Assembly: GCA_002348705.1 (NCBI GenBank)
Contig: DEAU01000014.1
Location: 35,699 to 99,698, forward strand
From: Candidatus Neomicrothrix sp. UBA2974
GTDB taxonomy: Bacteria > Actinomycetota > Acidimicrobiia > Acidimicrobiales > MedAcidi-G1
Reading direction: 5' to 3'
DNA: 64,000 nt
A program made the translations under genes and the position numbers. Positions 9,859 through 19,349 of the stretch are shown piece by piece. The notes under the pieces were generated by a model. The model was not told where the DNA came from and searched no databases. It saw nothing but the letters and a program-made list of their open reading frames with translations. Numbering within the stretch: position 1 is the first letter of the stretch; every line of letters starts with the position of its first letter.

Positions 9859-10356
9859 TCAATGAACTCGAGACCACTCTTCTGTCCGCAGGCCGCCGCT
9901 ACTCCGTGGTGCGCTTTCTGACGGAAACCAAGTACCTAAGTCATCGGCACCCTCGGCGTTGGTCCAAGTCAGATGGATCCCAGCGGATGAAGGTGCACCA
10001 ACAACCTGAAGAAAGGATTCTGTTGGCAGGGACCATCCAGCAGGCAAGCCCGGCGGGGCGTCCCAACGCTCAAAGGCATCCTCACCCACAGTCATGCCTG
10101 CCGTCGTCTCATTGACCGGCGCGTAATCCTCCAGGGTTTGAAGGCGAGCGACTTCGGCAAGAAACCAACTGTGGTCGGTATAACTCGTGGTGGCCAGTAT
10201 CGCTCCGGGTGCGCCCTGCGAGTCCGTGCGCTTCCAGCCAGCCATAGTCAAGCCAGTGTGCGAATTAATCCAAGCCAGTTGATTTGTGAAGGATTCGATG
10301 CCTGCCTCCAACCTCCCCGGATCCACCCACCTGCGTCGTTGGAAAAGTTGTAGCAC
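9859..10356 (-). CDS. hypothetical protein
   Basis: 165-aa ORF downstream of and co-directional with glpD. No recognisable motif. Third-position GC only moderate. Confidence 0.4.
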   Translation of the reverse strand: MLQLFQRRRWVDPGRLEAGIESFTNQLAWINSHTGLTMAGWKRTDSQGAPGAILATTSYTDHSWFLAEVARLQTLEDYAPVNETTAGMTVGEDAFERWDAPPGLPAGWSLPTESFLQVVGAPSSAGIHLTWTNAEGADDLGTWFPSESAPRSSGGLRTEEWSRVH

Positions 10357-10461
10357 GCTTAGCCGCCTGTGTATCTAACCCTGAAAGATCTTCAGATTAG
10401 ACGGCACATGCCATTGGACTCCACCAGTAACGAGACTCCGGAAGAGATGTGATTCCGAACT

Positions 10462-12018
10462 TCAATGCAAGTGGAGGAGCTCTAGGGCCCGAGCTACCGC
10501 ATGATCCGACGCTAGGTCGGCGGCTCTCTCGACCTGAGCAAGCATCGTGCGGCGTCGGAGGAAGTCGCTTGGTTCGACGATCCACTCGTGATCGGCCATG
10601 ACCCGCACCTCGGCCTCGGTCATCGGAACCAGCCCACCCATGGGTTCGCCCATTGTGTTGTCCTCTTCGACCAAGTCGAGTGCTTTAAACGCCCGCATCC
10701 CTTGGCGTCGCCAAAGGTCGGCAGCGACAACGGGGTCTATGGCGAGATCGCTGGCCCGGGTATCGAACCGTCGTCGTGCCGTTGGCCCTGGCTCTCCAAA
10801 CCACCGGCTCGGTTTGCGACTGGCGGGTAGGCCACATGTCCCTACAGCCTGGACGACCTCCTCGCCTACATTGAGGCAGTCGGACAGCTTGCCGCCGAGC
10901 ACCGATGCCACACCTAGTGTGGTATCAACCTCGACGATGTGCTCCCGCGACAGTTCGGTCCAATCTCGCCCCTCCGCTGAGGCTTCGTTCTCCACTGCGA
11001 GAGACCGAACTCCACATCGCTCGGCGATCACGTCGTCCAGCGTCAGAGGAGTGGCCCGGTTCAGTCGGGCATTGATCTGCTCTAAGAGAAACGCTCGATC
11101 CTCGTCGGTAACGACCACCGCCGGTTCCTTTACCTGAGTGTCAGTGGTTCCCACTACAGATCTATTTCCCATGGGCAGGACGTAGAACAGGCGCTCGTCA
11201 TCATCGAAGAACGCCAAGATCCGTCCCGAGTCTGTAATGCGGGGTACAACCAGATGGACACCCTTTGAGTAAACCAATCGGTGTTCTGTGGTTGCGCGCA
11301 GCAGATCTCCGACCACCGGAATGTTCGGGCCCGCGGCATTTACCACCAATGGTGCTGCGACCTCCAGGGCACGCCCCGAGACACGGTCCAGGAGTCCAAC
11401 TCGCCATCCGTTAATCCCGTGGTCGGCGCCGACCATCTCCACCCGGTTCGCAATGGTGGCGCCATGACGCGTCGAGGCAAAGGCCATCTCAGACACGAAG
11501 CGAGCGTCATTATCTACGAGTAGATAGTCGGAGTACTCGATCCCACCGCGAACAACCGACGTGTCGACTACGGGCTCTAGACGCCGGATAGTCGCCGATG
11601 AACGGTGCCGAGGAGGCTGAGTTGTCAGTCGTCCGAGGCCCCAATAGGCGACGGCACCCAGGGAAGCGAACCAGGGTGGGAAGGGCGCTCCGTGTTCGAG
11701 AGCCGCGAGAAACCGGGCCTCAGCGAGCCGAGTAGGAAATGCCTTTGCCAGTCGGTTGCGGGAGTCACAAAGTCCGGCCACCAGTTTCAAGTCACGACTC
11801 TCAAGGTATTTGAAGCCTCCCCAGACCATGCAGGAAGACTCCTGACTGGTTCCCGAAGCGAAGTCGTCCCGCTCTACGAGAGCAACCCTGTATCCATGAG
11901 CCGATAGGGCAAGGGCTGAAACGGCTCCATTGATTCCACCCCCGACCACTAGAGCGTCAAACCTCCCGCCATCGAGGGCGTCAAGTGACTGCTCGCGCTG
12001 CTCCCGGGAGTTCGTCAC
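10462..12018 (-). CDS. glpD: FAD-dependent glycerol-3-phosphate dehydrogenase
   Basis: 518 aa. FDALVVGGGINGAVSALALSAHGYRVALVERDDFASGTSQESSCMVWGGFKYLE is the classic GlpD N-terminus. Confidence 0.88.
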   Translation of the reverse strand: MTNSREQREQSLDALDGGRFDALVVGGGINGAVSALALSAHGYRVALVERDDFASGTSQESSCMVWGGFKYLESRDLKLVAGLCDSRNRLAKAFPTRLAEARFLAALEHGAPFPPWFASLGAVAYWGLGRLTTQPPRHRSSATIRRLEPVVDTSVVRGGIEYSDYLLVDNDARFVSEMAFASTRHGATIANRVEMVGADHGINGWRVGLLDRVSGRALEVAAPLVVNAAGPNIPVVGDLLRATTEHRLVYSKGVHLVVPRITDSGRILAFFDDDERLFYVLPMGNRSVVGTTDTQVKEPAVVVTDEDRAFLLEQINARLNRATPLTLDDVIAERCGVRSLAVENEASAEGRDWTELSREHIVEVDTTLGVASVLGGKLSDCLNVGEEVVQAVGTCGLPASRKPSRWFGEPGPTARRRFDTRASDLAIDPVVAADLWRRQGMRAFKALDLVEEDNTMGEPMGGLVPMTEAEVRVMADHEWIVEPSDFLRRRTMLAQVERAADLASDHAVARALELLHLH

Positions 12019-12080
12019 GGGGTCCGTTGTAGCCGCTTAAGGCGAACAACGCACATCGACTGCCCAAAGAACCCTTTCAT

Positions 12081-13751
12081 TCAGGGTCTTCGCAGGATCC
12101 GAGTCTTGCCGAATGCGTTTCCGAAGATAATTTGACCATCCTCATCGAGGTGGACGGCAGCACCAAGGGAATTGAACTGGCTGTTGCCCAGTATCCAGTA
12201 GCCCCTGCTCTCCCCTGTTGTCCAGTTGACCGCTTCGATAGTCCACTTGCCGTCCCTGGTGCCGCAGGTATATACGGTGTCGGAGCCAACGCTCACTGAC
12301 GGTACCGAATTTGGTGATGCCACTTCCGATACCCAGGATTCGCGGAGGGTCTGGCCGTCGGGGTCCCATTCATACTTGTGCATACCAGATGGACGAAACC
12401 GTTCATGGTGCCCAAGGAAGAAGCACAAGAGTCGCGCCCCGCGCTGCGGAAGCCACTCAGGTAGTGACCGCGGTTCGTTGTCAACAGTCATCGCCCCCCA
12501 GCCCGCCACAGTGATCGACTGTTCCGTCTGGATGGCGGTTCGATCCGGATCGCCCATGTGCGCTGGACCGAGACCGGCGATACGACGCGACGGTGCCCCG
12601 GGTAGGCACTCCCAATTCTCCGGGATGGCGTCCCGCCAGAACAGCGTAATGTTCACCACCTCGTCGCCGTCCCCAATCACCACAAACCGGTCAGCCTCCG
12701 GGTCATCTCCCATCAACGAGGGAGTGGTTCCAGATCCCCGTCCTGACCCATTTCGGTAGGCGGCACTCCAAGCCCCGTCTGCTTCGTTGAACGAGAACTG
12801 GTCACCTGTCCAAACCACTCGGTGGGTGCGGTCGTTGGAGCTTGCGTACACGCCACCCTGATCGTCACAGCACAGGCTGGTTCGTACCCAACCGTACCCA
12901 GTGTTGCCTCGCTCGGCCTCCATTCGAGCACAATGTTCGGCAGCAACCTCCGATCCCGGGAGGAATGTCGCGACATGTTCCGAGAAGTCACGGGCCAAGC
13001 TGATTAGCCATCCATGGTCGGTGGACAACACGAGGCGGCCGTCAGGGGTCATGTTGATGCCCACAAATGAACCCTCCACTTCCCCCGGTTTCTGCCAGCG
13101 GGCCTTTTCACGAAGTGGCGACCAACGGTCCGTCGGATCGACCTCCGTATAGGCCACGACGGCCTGTTTTCTGCCGAGAAACAGAGTGTGCTCGCAGTCC
13201 AGCAGGGCATAGACGCCATCGAGGCCGGTCAAGAATCGGCTGGCAAGCTCGGCAGCATGCAGAACCGGTGTGGTCTCATCACCGTAGATGCCCTCGTCAA
13301 GGCCCGCTAACGCCGTCTCCCAGTCTGCCCGACAGCTTCCTTCCTCTTCGGGGCGCTCGTCGGATAGGTCGAGTGCCGTGAGAACTTCCAGGGTGTCGTA
13401 GTTCAACTTGGCGATGCATTCCCGACCGTTGCTCCAGATGGTCCGCCCACCGTCCGGATATGTGCCGGAAATCAGCCCGCCGAAGTGACCCGGACCCAAC
13501 CAGGCGTGCTGCCGCTCGCTATCGGACACTACCTCGATTCCATTTGGAATCGGGCCGTCACTACTTGTGCTGTCCCGCTGATCGCATCGACCGTGGGCTA
13601 TCGGATACTCGCTGTCGGCGAGAAACGGGTTACGCCACCCATTATTCACCGGGCGTCCTCCACTGGAGTCAACGACCACTCCACGGCCCCTCGGTGTCCG
13701 GCTCGCCAGAGAAAGCGTTCCCTCCATGCTGGTGCTCCTCCAGCGGCCCAC
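12081..13751 (-). CDS. conserved-looking hypothetical protein, 530-556 aa, possibly repeat/beta-rich fold
   Basis: Long uninterrupted ORF directly after the TauD-like gene on the same strand. The ORF-track start (13751) overlaps TauD by 83 nt. GTG 13679 would reduce the overlap to 11 nt. No signal peptide and no family motif recognised. Confidence 0.65.
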   Translation of the reverse strand: MGRWRSTSMEGTLSLASRTPRGRGVVVDSSGGRPVNNGWRNPFLADSEYPIAHGRCDQRDSTSSDGPIPNGIEVVSDSERQHAWLGPGHFGGLISGTYPDGGRTIWSNGRECIAKLNYDTLEVLTALDLSDERPEEEGSCRADWETALAGLDEGIYGDETTPVLHAAELASRFLTGLDGVYALLDCEHTLFLGRKQAVVAYTEVDPTDRWSPLREKARWQKPGEVEGSFVGINMTPDGRLVLSTDHGWLISLARDFSEHVATFLPGSEVAAEHCARMEAERGNTGYGWVRTSLCCDDQGGVYASSNDRTHRVVWTGDQFSFNEADGAWSAAYRNGSGRGSGTTPSLMGDDPEADRFVVIGDGDEVVNITLFWRDAIPENWECLPGAPSRRIAGLGPAHMGDPDRTAIQTEQSITVAGWGAMTVDNEPRSLPEWLPQRGARLLCFFLGHHERFRPSGMHKYEWDPDGQTLRESWVSEVASPNSVPSVSVGSDTVYTCGTRDGKWTIEAVNWTTGESRGYWILGNSQFNSLGAAVHLDEDGQIIFGNAFGKTRILRRP

Positions 13752-14517
13752 CGGCCAAGTGGACTCGTTCTACGACGCGCTGGCCCTCAAAGTCGAATAG
13801 GGCGTAGTGCTGTGTGCTTCTGTTATCCCAGATGACCACGTCTCCTACTGTCCAGCGGTGCCGATAGGTGAATTCCGGTCGGGACACGTGGCGAACTAGG
13901 AACGGAAGGATCGTGCTGCTCTCATCAGGCGGGAGATTCATGATCCCACGGGTAAAGACGTCATTTACGAACAGAATCGGGAGTCCCGTGTCGGGATGGG
14001 ACACCACCACCGGGTGAACTGCTTTGGCGTCCGGCCCCTGATCGTGGATTGCCCTGCGTCCGTCCAAAAGTGCTTTCATGCCACTAGATAGCGCCTCATA
14101 GGCGGCACAGCAGTTGGACCACGTGGTGTCGCCACCTGTTGCCGGCGAGGTGCGCATGACCAACACGGCAGCGCTGGGAATGACGTCACGGAAGGTGCCA
14201 TCCGTGTGCCACCTATCAGCCTTGTAGCCCGTCCCTGAATCAAAGCGGCAGACAAGCGGATGGCCGTCCCGCCTAGGTAGGTGGTCTTCTGGCGAGATTG
14301 GTTTGCCGATAGCAGAGGCGAGGCGAACGTGCTGCTCAGGACATGGGTCCAGCTCCCGGAGGACAACTACGTGGTGGTCCAGCATGGCCCGGCGCAGTTC
14401 GTTTCGGACAACTGGATCGTGAAGCAAGCGGTCGAGGTCCGGTTCGATCACCTCCACTCCGATACGACCCGAAACTGGTCGTAACTTCAGCATGGCCTCG
14501 CTTTGCGTCTTCGTCAT
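13669..14517 (-). CDS. TauD/TfdA-family Fe(II)/2-oxoglutarate dioxygenase (taurine / sulfate-ester dioxygenase-like)
   Basis: ORF track 13669..14556. ATG 14517 forms an ATGA overlap with the MarR stop. Motifs WHTDGTF (HxD), GGDTTWSN and WDNRSTQHYA. Confidence 0.85.
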   Translation of the reverse strand: MTKTQSEAMLKLRPVSGRIGVEVIEPDLDRLLHDPVVRNELRRAMLDHHVVVLRELDPCPEQHVRLASAIGKPISPEDHLPRRDGHPLVCRFDSGTGYKADRWHTDGTFRDVIPSAAVLVMRTSPATGGDTTWSNCCAAYEALSSGMKALLDGRRAIHDQGPDAKAVHPVVVSHPDTGLPILFVNDVFTRGIMNLPPDESSTILPFLVRHVSRPEFTYRHRWTVGDVVIWDNRSTQHYALFDFEGQRVVERVHLAGGPLEEHQHGGNAFSGEPDTEGPWSGR

Positions 14518-14996
14518 CGCGCGACCCCGGAAAGCAATTCCTGTTCGTGCGTCCACTCAGCGCTCGATGGAACACCAATGACGCGTTCAAAACCGCACAG
14601 GAGCTCACGTACGGCGGTCAAGGCCACTCCGGTGTCCACTTCAACAAAGACTTCCTGATAGCACCGGACGAGATCAGCAAAGACAGCGTCGTGGGTCAAG
14701 CGGCCTGCTCCCGTCAGGGAAACAAGGAGACCCCTTCCGTCTTCTGGATCGGGTAATCGCTCTACCCAGCCACGTTCTGCTAGGCGCTTGAGGGTAGCGG
14801 TGAGGCCTCCCGTGGTTTGGACGATCCGTTCGGCGATGACCGACGGGTTTGTGGCCTTATCGGGCGTGTTGGCCAGGAGAAGCAGAACGGCAGCCTCTGC
14901 CGAGGTGGTGTTGTGCCGGCGATGCACTTCCGTAAGGAACTGTTCGTTCAGCCGACCAAGACGGGTCAGGAGTAAACCAAGTGTCGCTGTCTCCAC
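14514..14996 (-). CDS. MarR-family transcriptional regulator
   Basis: 160 aa winged-HTH pattern (AEAAVLLLLAN...PSVIAERIVQTTGGLTATLKRLAERGWVERLPDPEDGR). A palindromic operator lies just upstream. Confidence 0.85.
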   Translation of the reverse strand: METATLGLLLTRLGRLNEQFLTEVHRRHNTTSAEAAVLLLLANTPDKATNPSVIAERIVQTTGGLTATLKRLAERGWVERLPDPEDGRGLLVSLTGAGRLTHDAVFADLVRCYQEVFVEVDTGVALTAVRELLCGFERVIGVPSSAEWTHEQELLSGVAR

Positions 14997-15003
14997 ACCG
15001 CAA

Positions 15004-15039
15004 ATTGTAAGGACAAATTACCTTGCCAGCAAGGTAATT
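15004..15039 (-). promoter_or_regulatory. candidate MarR operator overlapping a leaderless-type promoter
   Basis: Perfect 11-2-11 inverted repeat AATTACCTTGC-ca-GCAAGGTAATT at 15016..15039. On the minus strand, TTGCTG-N17-TACAAT (-10 at 15009..15004) ends 7 nt before the MarR GTG (14996). Confidence 0.5.
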
Positions 15040-16123
15040 ACGTCGGATGCCTCCCGGCTGGATTCTCCAGTTCTGTGTAACCGTCTGGACCCGGTGTGTA
15101 AAGAGTCCGGGGGTCGAATCGATTCGGCTCCTGGCCCGACGCGATCCTGGCTACGAGATCCGGTGTAGCTAGGAAGTGTCGGCCAAACGACACGGCATCG
15201 CAGCGACCAGCCTCGATCTCCGCGTCGGCTTCGACCGCGTCGTAGGAATCATTGGCAATGAGAACACCGTCATGCAACTCCCTCGCCAGTTCCAGATTGT
15301 CGAGTGGCCCCTCATGTCGACGAATCACGTGAAGGTAGGCCAGTCCCATAGGGCGAATTGTCGATAACAGCGCCCGAAAAGTCTCCTCGACGTCACCAGG
15401 GTGAGCGTCTATGAGGTCGTTGAACGTATTACCCGGACATATGCGCAGACCGACCATATCTGCACCTATTTCGTCGATCATGGCCTCGAGGATTTCAATG
15501 GGGAAGGCGATCCGCCTTTCTACTGAACCGCCGTACCGATCGATACGCCGATTTGTGCCCGAGCTAAGGAACTGGGCGGGAAGGTAGCCACTCGTTGCGT
15601 GTACCTCGACGGCATCGAAGCCAGCCTCTGCGGCCAACAACGCGAAGCGACGGTACTCCCCGACCACCTCAACCACTTCGTCCGTCGAGAGGGAACGTGG
15701 TTCGTCGAATGGTCGCATTCCCTCCACGTCCGTGTACATCAACCCGTCAGCTTGGATAGCAGAGGGAGCCACAGTCTCCGCTCCCGGAGCTTTGTTTGCA
15801 GCGTGTGAGATTCGACCGCAGTGCATGGCTTGGGCAACGATTCGACCGCCGCCGGCATGAACGGCGTCGGTGACTGCACGCCAGCCAGCAAGACGCGATG
15901 GCCCGTCGAGTACCGGGGTACGGCAATAGCCCTTGCCGGTCTCACTTGGAGCGATCCCCTCAGTGATTATTAGGCCTGCCGATGCCCGTGCGGCGTAATG
16001 CTCTTTCATCAGGCTGGTGGCGTTCCCGGTGACCTCAGCCCGCGATCGTGTCATCGGGGCCATGATCACTCGGTTACTCAATGTCATGTTTCCGGCCTGT
16101 AAAGGTGCCAACAGGTGTTCCAT
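15038..16123 (-). CDS. Old Yellow Enzyme family NADH:flavin oxidoreductase (alkene/N-ethylmaleimide reductase-like)
   Basis: 361 aa. LSNRVIMAPMTRSRA N-terminus and the OYE TIM-barrel pattern throughout. Confidence 0.88.
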   Translation of the reverse strand: MEHLLAPLQAGNMTLSNRVIMAPMTRSRAEVTGNATSLMKEHYAARASAGLIITEGIAPSETGKGYCRTPVLDGPSRLAGWRAVTDAVHAGGGRIVAQAMHCGRISHAANKAPGAETVAPSAIQADGLMYTDVEGMRPFDEPRSLSTDEVVEVVGEYRRFALLAAEAGFDAVEVHATSGYLPAQFLSSGTNRRIDRYGGSVERRIAFPIEILEAMIDEIGADMVGLRICPGNTFNDLIDAHPGDVEETFRALLSTIRPMGLAYLHVIRRHEGPLDNLELARELHDGVLIANDSYDAVEADAEIEAGRCDAVSFGRHFLATPDLVARIASGQEPNRFDPRTLYTPGPDGYTELENPAGRHPT

Positions 16124-16135
16124 AGCGCTGCTCGA

Positions 16136-16408
16136 TTAGACGCCCACGACAGGCTTCATCGCCATGATTGAGACCTGAGCAAAGAGTCCCGACTGGGCAT
16201 ATGGGTCTCCATCGGCAAATGCCTCGGCCTCCGTCCGGTCTTTGACGTCCAGCACTATTAGTGATCCACACATCTTCCCGTCGTCGGCGAGGAGCGGTCC
16301 AGCGATAACGACCTCGAATCCGGCCAAATACTCAAGATGCTCTGGGCGAATCCGCGCTCGCAGATCTGTGGCGTCCGATCTGTCCAGCGCATGAACTACG
16401 AAATACAT
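16136..16408 (-). CDS. YciI-like protein
   Basis: 90 aa. MYFVVHALDRSDA...RPEHLEYL...GPLLADDG...GSLIVLD pattern of the YCII domain. Confidence 0.7.
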   Translation of the reverse strand: MYFVVHALDRSDATDLRARIRPEHLEYLAGFEVVIAGPLLADDGKMCGSLIVLDVKDRTEAEAFADGDPYAQSGLFAQVSIMAMKPVVGV

Positions 16409-16454
16409 GGTCTGCTCCTCTCGTTGGGAAAGACGACGGGATTAGCGACCGCCG

Positions 16455-17636
16455 TCATGGGCCAGTTTCACCTACTACGACAACAAGCCAGAGCAGACCC
16501 AACGCCATCACTCCAGCCAAAGTCGCAGCAGCGGCGTCTAGACCCCATGTCCCGGCAACCGCACCCACGAGGACCGGACCAAGAACCCGACCTCCGTCAG
16601 TCACCAGCGAGACGGCGGCGAAATACGCTGCGGCACCCTCCTTAGGAGCGAGGTCGCTGCCAAGGGTAAACAGCGACCCTGAGCTCAACCCGTTACCGAC
16701 CCCCATCACCAGACCTGCTGTCAGCACGCCGGACGTCGACTTAGCCAAGAGCAGCAGCAGTAAACCAACTGCTAGCAGTCCATATGCGGGAACCATTGCG
16801 GCCAGTCGACCAAACCGGTCCATCACCATCCCAGACACAGGGAAGAGCAGCAAGTCGGCGGTATAACCGGTCGCCACCAACAGGCCAATCGAGGAGGCAG
16901 AAAGTTCTAGCGCCACGCCAACAAGTGGAAGTAGGACCATACGGCCCTCGCGTGTGGCCATAGCCAGTAGGCCAAAGATTCCGGCACCCACCAGAGGTCG
17001 GCGATTGAGCCGGGCAACGGCTCTCACGGTCGGGCCTCCGACACCCACGGGCGCTACCTCACTCTCTGGTCGACGGGCCGTCGGGACAACGGCACCGAGT
17101 CCAATGCCGGCGCCAAGTCCTGCCGCCAAGAAGGTGCCTCTTGCGGCTACGAGATCAACCAGGATCCCGCCAATCGCTGCACCGAGGAGAATCGATAGGC
17201 GCATCGACCCCCCCATCACTGACATTGCCCGCCCCCTCAAGGCGCTTGGTACCCGAGCAGTCAGATCTGCTTGTCGCGACAGCATCACGCCGAGAGCACC
17301 TCCGCCAAAGAAGAAGTGTGCGGGTCCGAGGATGATCGGACGGATAGAGCTCGCCATAACGGCAGCTGCGACCAGCATTATCCCCAGAGAGCCAACGCCT
17401 ACACGGGCAGGGCCCCACCGTCCGGTGCACCAGCCGACAGGCAGTGCGGCGGCCGCTGCTCCAGCTCCACCAGCACCCGCCACAATCGCCGCCACCGTGT
17501 AGCCAGAACCGGCCTCGACCAACACGATAGGAAGCGCTACGAGCATCACGCTCATTCCAAAACTCGCAGTTATCCATGGTCCATAGACAGGCCAGAGGTA
17601 TGGCACTAAAGATCTGAATCCGTGCACGACGAGCAT
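16455..17636 (-). CDS. MFS transporter
   Basis: 393 aa, highly hydrophobic, 10-12 predicted helices, Gly/Ala-rich. Confidence 0.8.
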   Translation of the reverse strand: MLVVHGFRSLVPYLWPVYGPWITASFGMSVMLVALPIVLVEAGSGYTVAAIVAGAGGAGAAAAALPVGWCTGRWGPARVGVGSLGIMLVAAAVMASSIRPIILGPAHFFFGGGALGVMLSRQADLTARVPSALRGRAMSVMGGSMRLSILLGAAIGGILVDLVAARGTFLAAGLGAGIGLGAVVPTARRPESEVAPVGVGGPTVRAVARLNRRPLVGAGIFGLLAMATREGRMVLLPLVGVALELSASSIGLLVATGYTADLLLFPVSGMVMDRFGRLAAMVPAYGLLAVGLLLLLLAKSTSGVLTAGLVMGVGNGLSSGSLFTLGSDLAPKEGAAAYFAAVSLVTDGGRVLGPVLVGAVAGTWGLDAAAATLAGVMALGLLWLVVVVGETGP

Positions 17637-17642
17637 TGACTA

Positions 17643-17671
17643 TTGACAGTAGGGCCGACTCTCCTTGGAAT
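17643..17671 (+). promoter_or_regulatory. possible sigma70-type promoter for the SMP-30-like gene
   Basis: TTGACA (17643-17648)-N17-TGGAAT (17666-17671), 46 nt upstream of GTG 17718. Sequence pattern only. Confidence 0.25.
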
Positions 17672-17717
17672 AGACACCCGCCCTAGATTCCGTCACAACC
17701 CAACCACAGGAGGGAAC

Positions 17718-18593
17718 GTGGCTAAGACTTCGAAGCACCACCTCCAACTCCTAGCGGACGGCCTTGACTTCGGTGAAGGGCCACGGTGGCACGATGGTCG
17801 CCTGTGGTACAGCGATTTCCACCAGCACTGCGTCTACGCAGTAGCTCCCGACGGGACACGTGAGACAATGGTCGAGGTTGGTAGCGAGCAGCCATCCGGT
17901 CTCGGTTGGCTGCCCGATGGAGACCTCCTGGTTGTAGCCATGACTGCCCGGCAGGTATGGCGCATCCACAAAGGGATCCAGACTGTCCATGCCGACCTCA
18001 GTCATATCACCACCTGGCACTGCAACGACATGGTCGTGGCTGCTAATGGCATCGCCTACGTCGGGAACTTCGGATTCGACCTTGAAGGAGGAGCCGAGCC
18101 GGAGACCACCTCATTGGCCATTGTGCAACCAGACGGAACCGTTGAGACCGGACCCGACGGCCTCGCCTTCCCGAACGGGTCCGTAATCACCCCGGACGGG
18201 AAGACCCTCATCGTCGGCGAGACGTTCGCTGGTCGACTCACCGCCTTTGACGTGTCCGAAAACGGCTCTCTGTCCAACCGCCGGATCTGGGTCGAAACAC
18301 CCAACGTCATGCCAGACGGATGCTGCCTAGACGAAGCCGGAGGAATCTGGGTGGCCAACGCTCTCGGACATGAAGTCGTCCGTTACGAGGAAAATGGTGC
18401 GGTAACCGACCGGATCGCCATGCCGCCGCTTGGAGGCCCACAAACAGCCTTCGCCTGCATGCTCGGCGGCACCGACCGACGCACGCTTCACTGCTTGACT
18501 GCCCCCGGCGCCGACACAAACTCCACCGCCGGCCAGGGTGCAGGAGCCATCTGGACGGTAAGGGTTAACTACGCCGGAACCGGCTTGCCGTGA
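17718..18593 (+). CDS. SMP-30/gluconolactonase/LRE-family protein (lactonase-like beta-propeller)
   Basis: ORF track 17643..18593. GTG 17718 is preceded by AGGAGGG. LADGLDFGEGPRWHDGRLWYSD and repeated DG/GN blade motifs. Confidence 0.8.
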   Translation: MAKTSKHHLQLLADGLDFGEGPRWHDGRLWYSDFHQHCVYAVAPDGTRETMVEVGSEQPSGLGWLPDGDLLVVAMTARQVWRIHKGIQTVHADLSHITTWHCNDMVVAANGIAYVGNFGFDLEGGAEPETTSLAIVQPDGTVETGPDGLAFPNGSVITPDGKTLIVGETFAGRLTAFDVSENGSLSNRRIWVETPNVMPDGCCLDEAGGIWVANALGHEVVRYEENGAVTDRIAMPPLGGPQTAFACMLGGTDRRTLHCLTAPGADTNSTAGQGAGAIWTVRVNYAGTGLP

Positions 18594-18747
18594 CAACCTC
18601 CATCGGCCAAACCCAACCCCACGCCTGTGCCCTCGGCACCGAGATCCATGGTCTGAATTTCGCCGACGGGATCTCGGACCGCGATTAACCCGTAGTCCAT
18701 GGCTTGAAGGCTCAGATCCTCTTCGACCGGTAACCCTGACTCAGCAC

Positions 18748-19248
18748 TTAGTCGACTATGGCCTCGGTTTCGGCCAGTCGGATAAGCGGAATGGTGCGAT
18801 CTGTCTTCGCCTGATAATCGGCATACCACGCCCGGTCCTCAAGCATCGACTCCCAAAGCATGCTCCGCTCTTCGCTCTCGTCGAGGATCTCCTGCTCTGA
18901 CCAGTACATGCCTCGTTGTGTGCGAACTCTCACACAAGGATTGGCCTCTCGGTCACGAAGGTTTAACACCCATGAAGGATCTTTCGTGGCACCTGCGAAA
19001 GAGCCGACGACGATTCGGTGACCCTCTGCATCCCTCCAGAACGGAAGGGCGACCTTGTGCTCAGTGCCGGACTTGCGGCCAACGGTGTGGAGAAGCACGT
19101 GGTGCATGCCAGCCACACACCACACCGCGTCATCATCAGTCATTTCCATCCCTGACACGTGGGCCTTCGAGATCTCAATGATCTGATCATGCGAGGGGGT
19201 CTCCCACGCCATCTCCACCTTCTGGCTGCTTCCGTCGCAATCACCCAT
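18748..19248 (-). CDS. deazaflavin (F420)-dependent oxidoreductase, nitroreductase/DUF385 family
   Basis: 166 aa. LLHTVGRKSGTEHKVALPFWRDAEGHRIVVGSFAGATKDPSWVLNLR matches the FDOR/DUF385 pattern. Confidence 0.75.
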   Translation of the reverse strand: MGDCDGSSQKVEMAWETPSHDQIIEISKAHVSGMEMTDDDAVWCVAGMHHVLLHTVGRKSGTEHKVALPFWRDAEGHRIVVGSFAGATKDPSWVLNLRDREANPCVRVRTQRGMYWSEQEILDESEERSMLWESMLEDRAWYADYQAKTDRTIPLIRLAETEAIVD

Positions 19249-19349
19249 GCCACCGACCGTAGTAGCGGAGTAGCCGGGTCTGCGGACTCAGGCCGGTTCT
19301 CTTGCCCGGCTTCGCCGGAACTCGACCACCTCCACGAAGATTGTCGGTT

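Noticed and set aside
10376-10410. AT-rich imperfect hairpin downstream of glpD
   Set aside because: The stems are short (5 bp) and interrupted by bulges, and there is no U-tract. Evidence is weak.
12081-13751. Idea that the 556-aa orphan is an arylsulfate sulfotransferase (ASST beta-propeller), given the PAPS and sulfatase context
   Set aside because: It has no signal peptide, and I could not find the conserved His-rich ASST active-site motifs in the translation. Size similarity alone is not evidence.
16954-17502. 182-aa plus-strand ORF inside the MFS transporter gene. Similar cases are 49404..50117, 53880..54302, 62566..63183 and 30962..31540.
   Set aside because: All are antisense or off-frame to genes with strong family motifs, and all have Ala/Arg/Pro/Ser-biased composition expected from GC-rich non-coding frames.
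18639-18677. 9-bp inverted repeat CCGAGATCC ... GGATCTCGG between the convergent SMP-30-like and FDOR genes (possible bidirectional terminator)
   Set aside because: The loop is 21 nt and there is no U-tract on either strand. This is not convincing as an intrinsic terminator.
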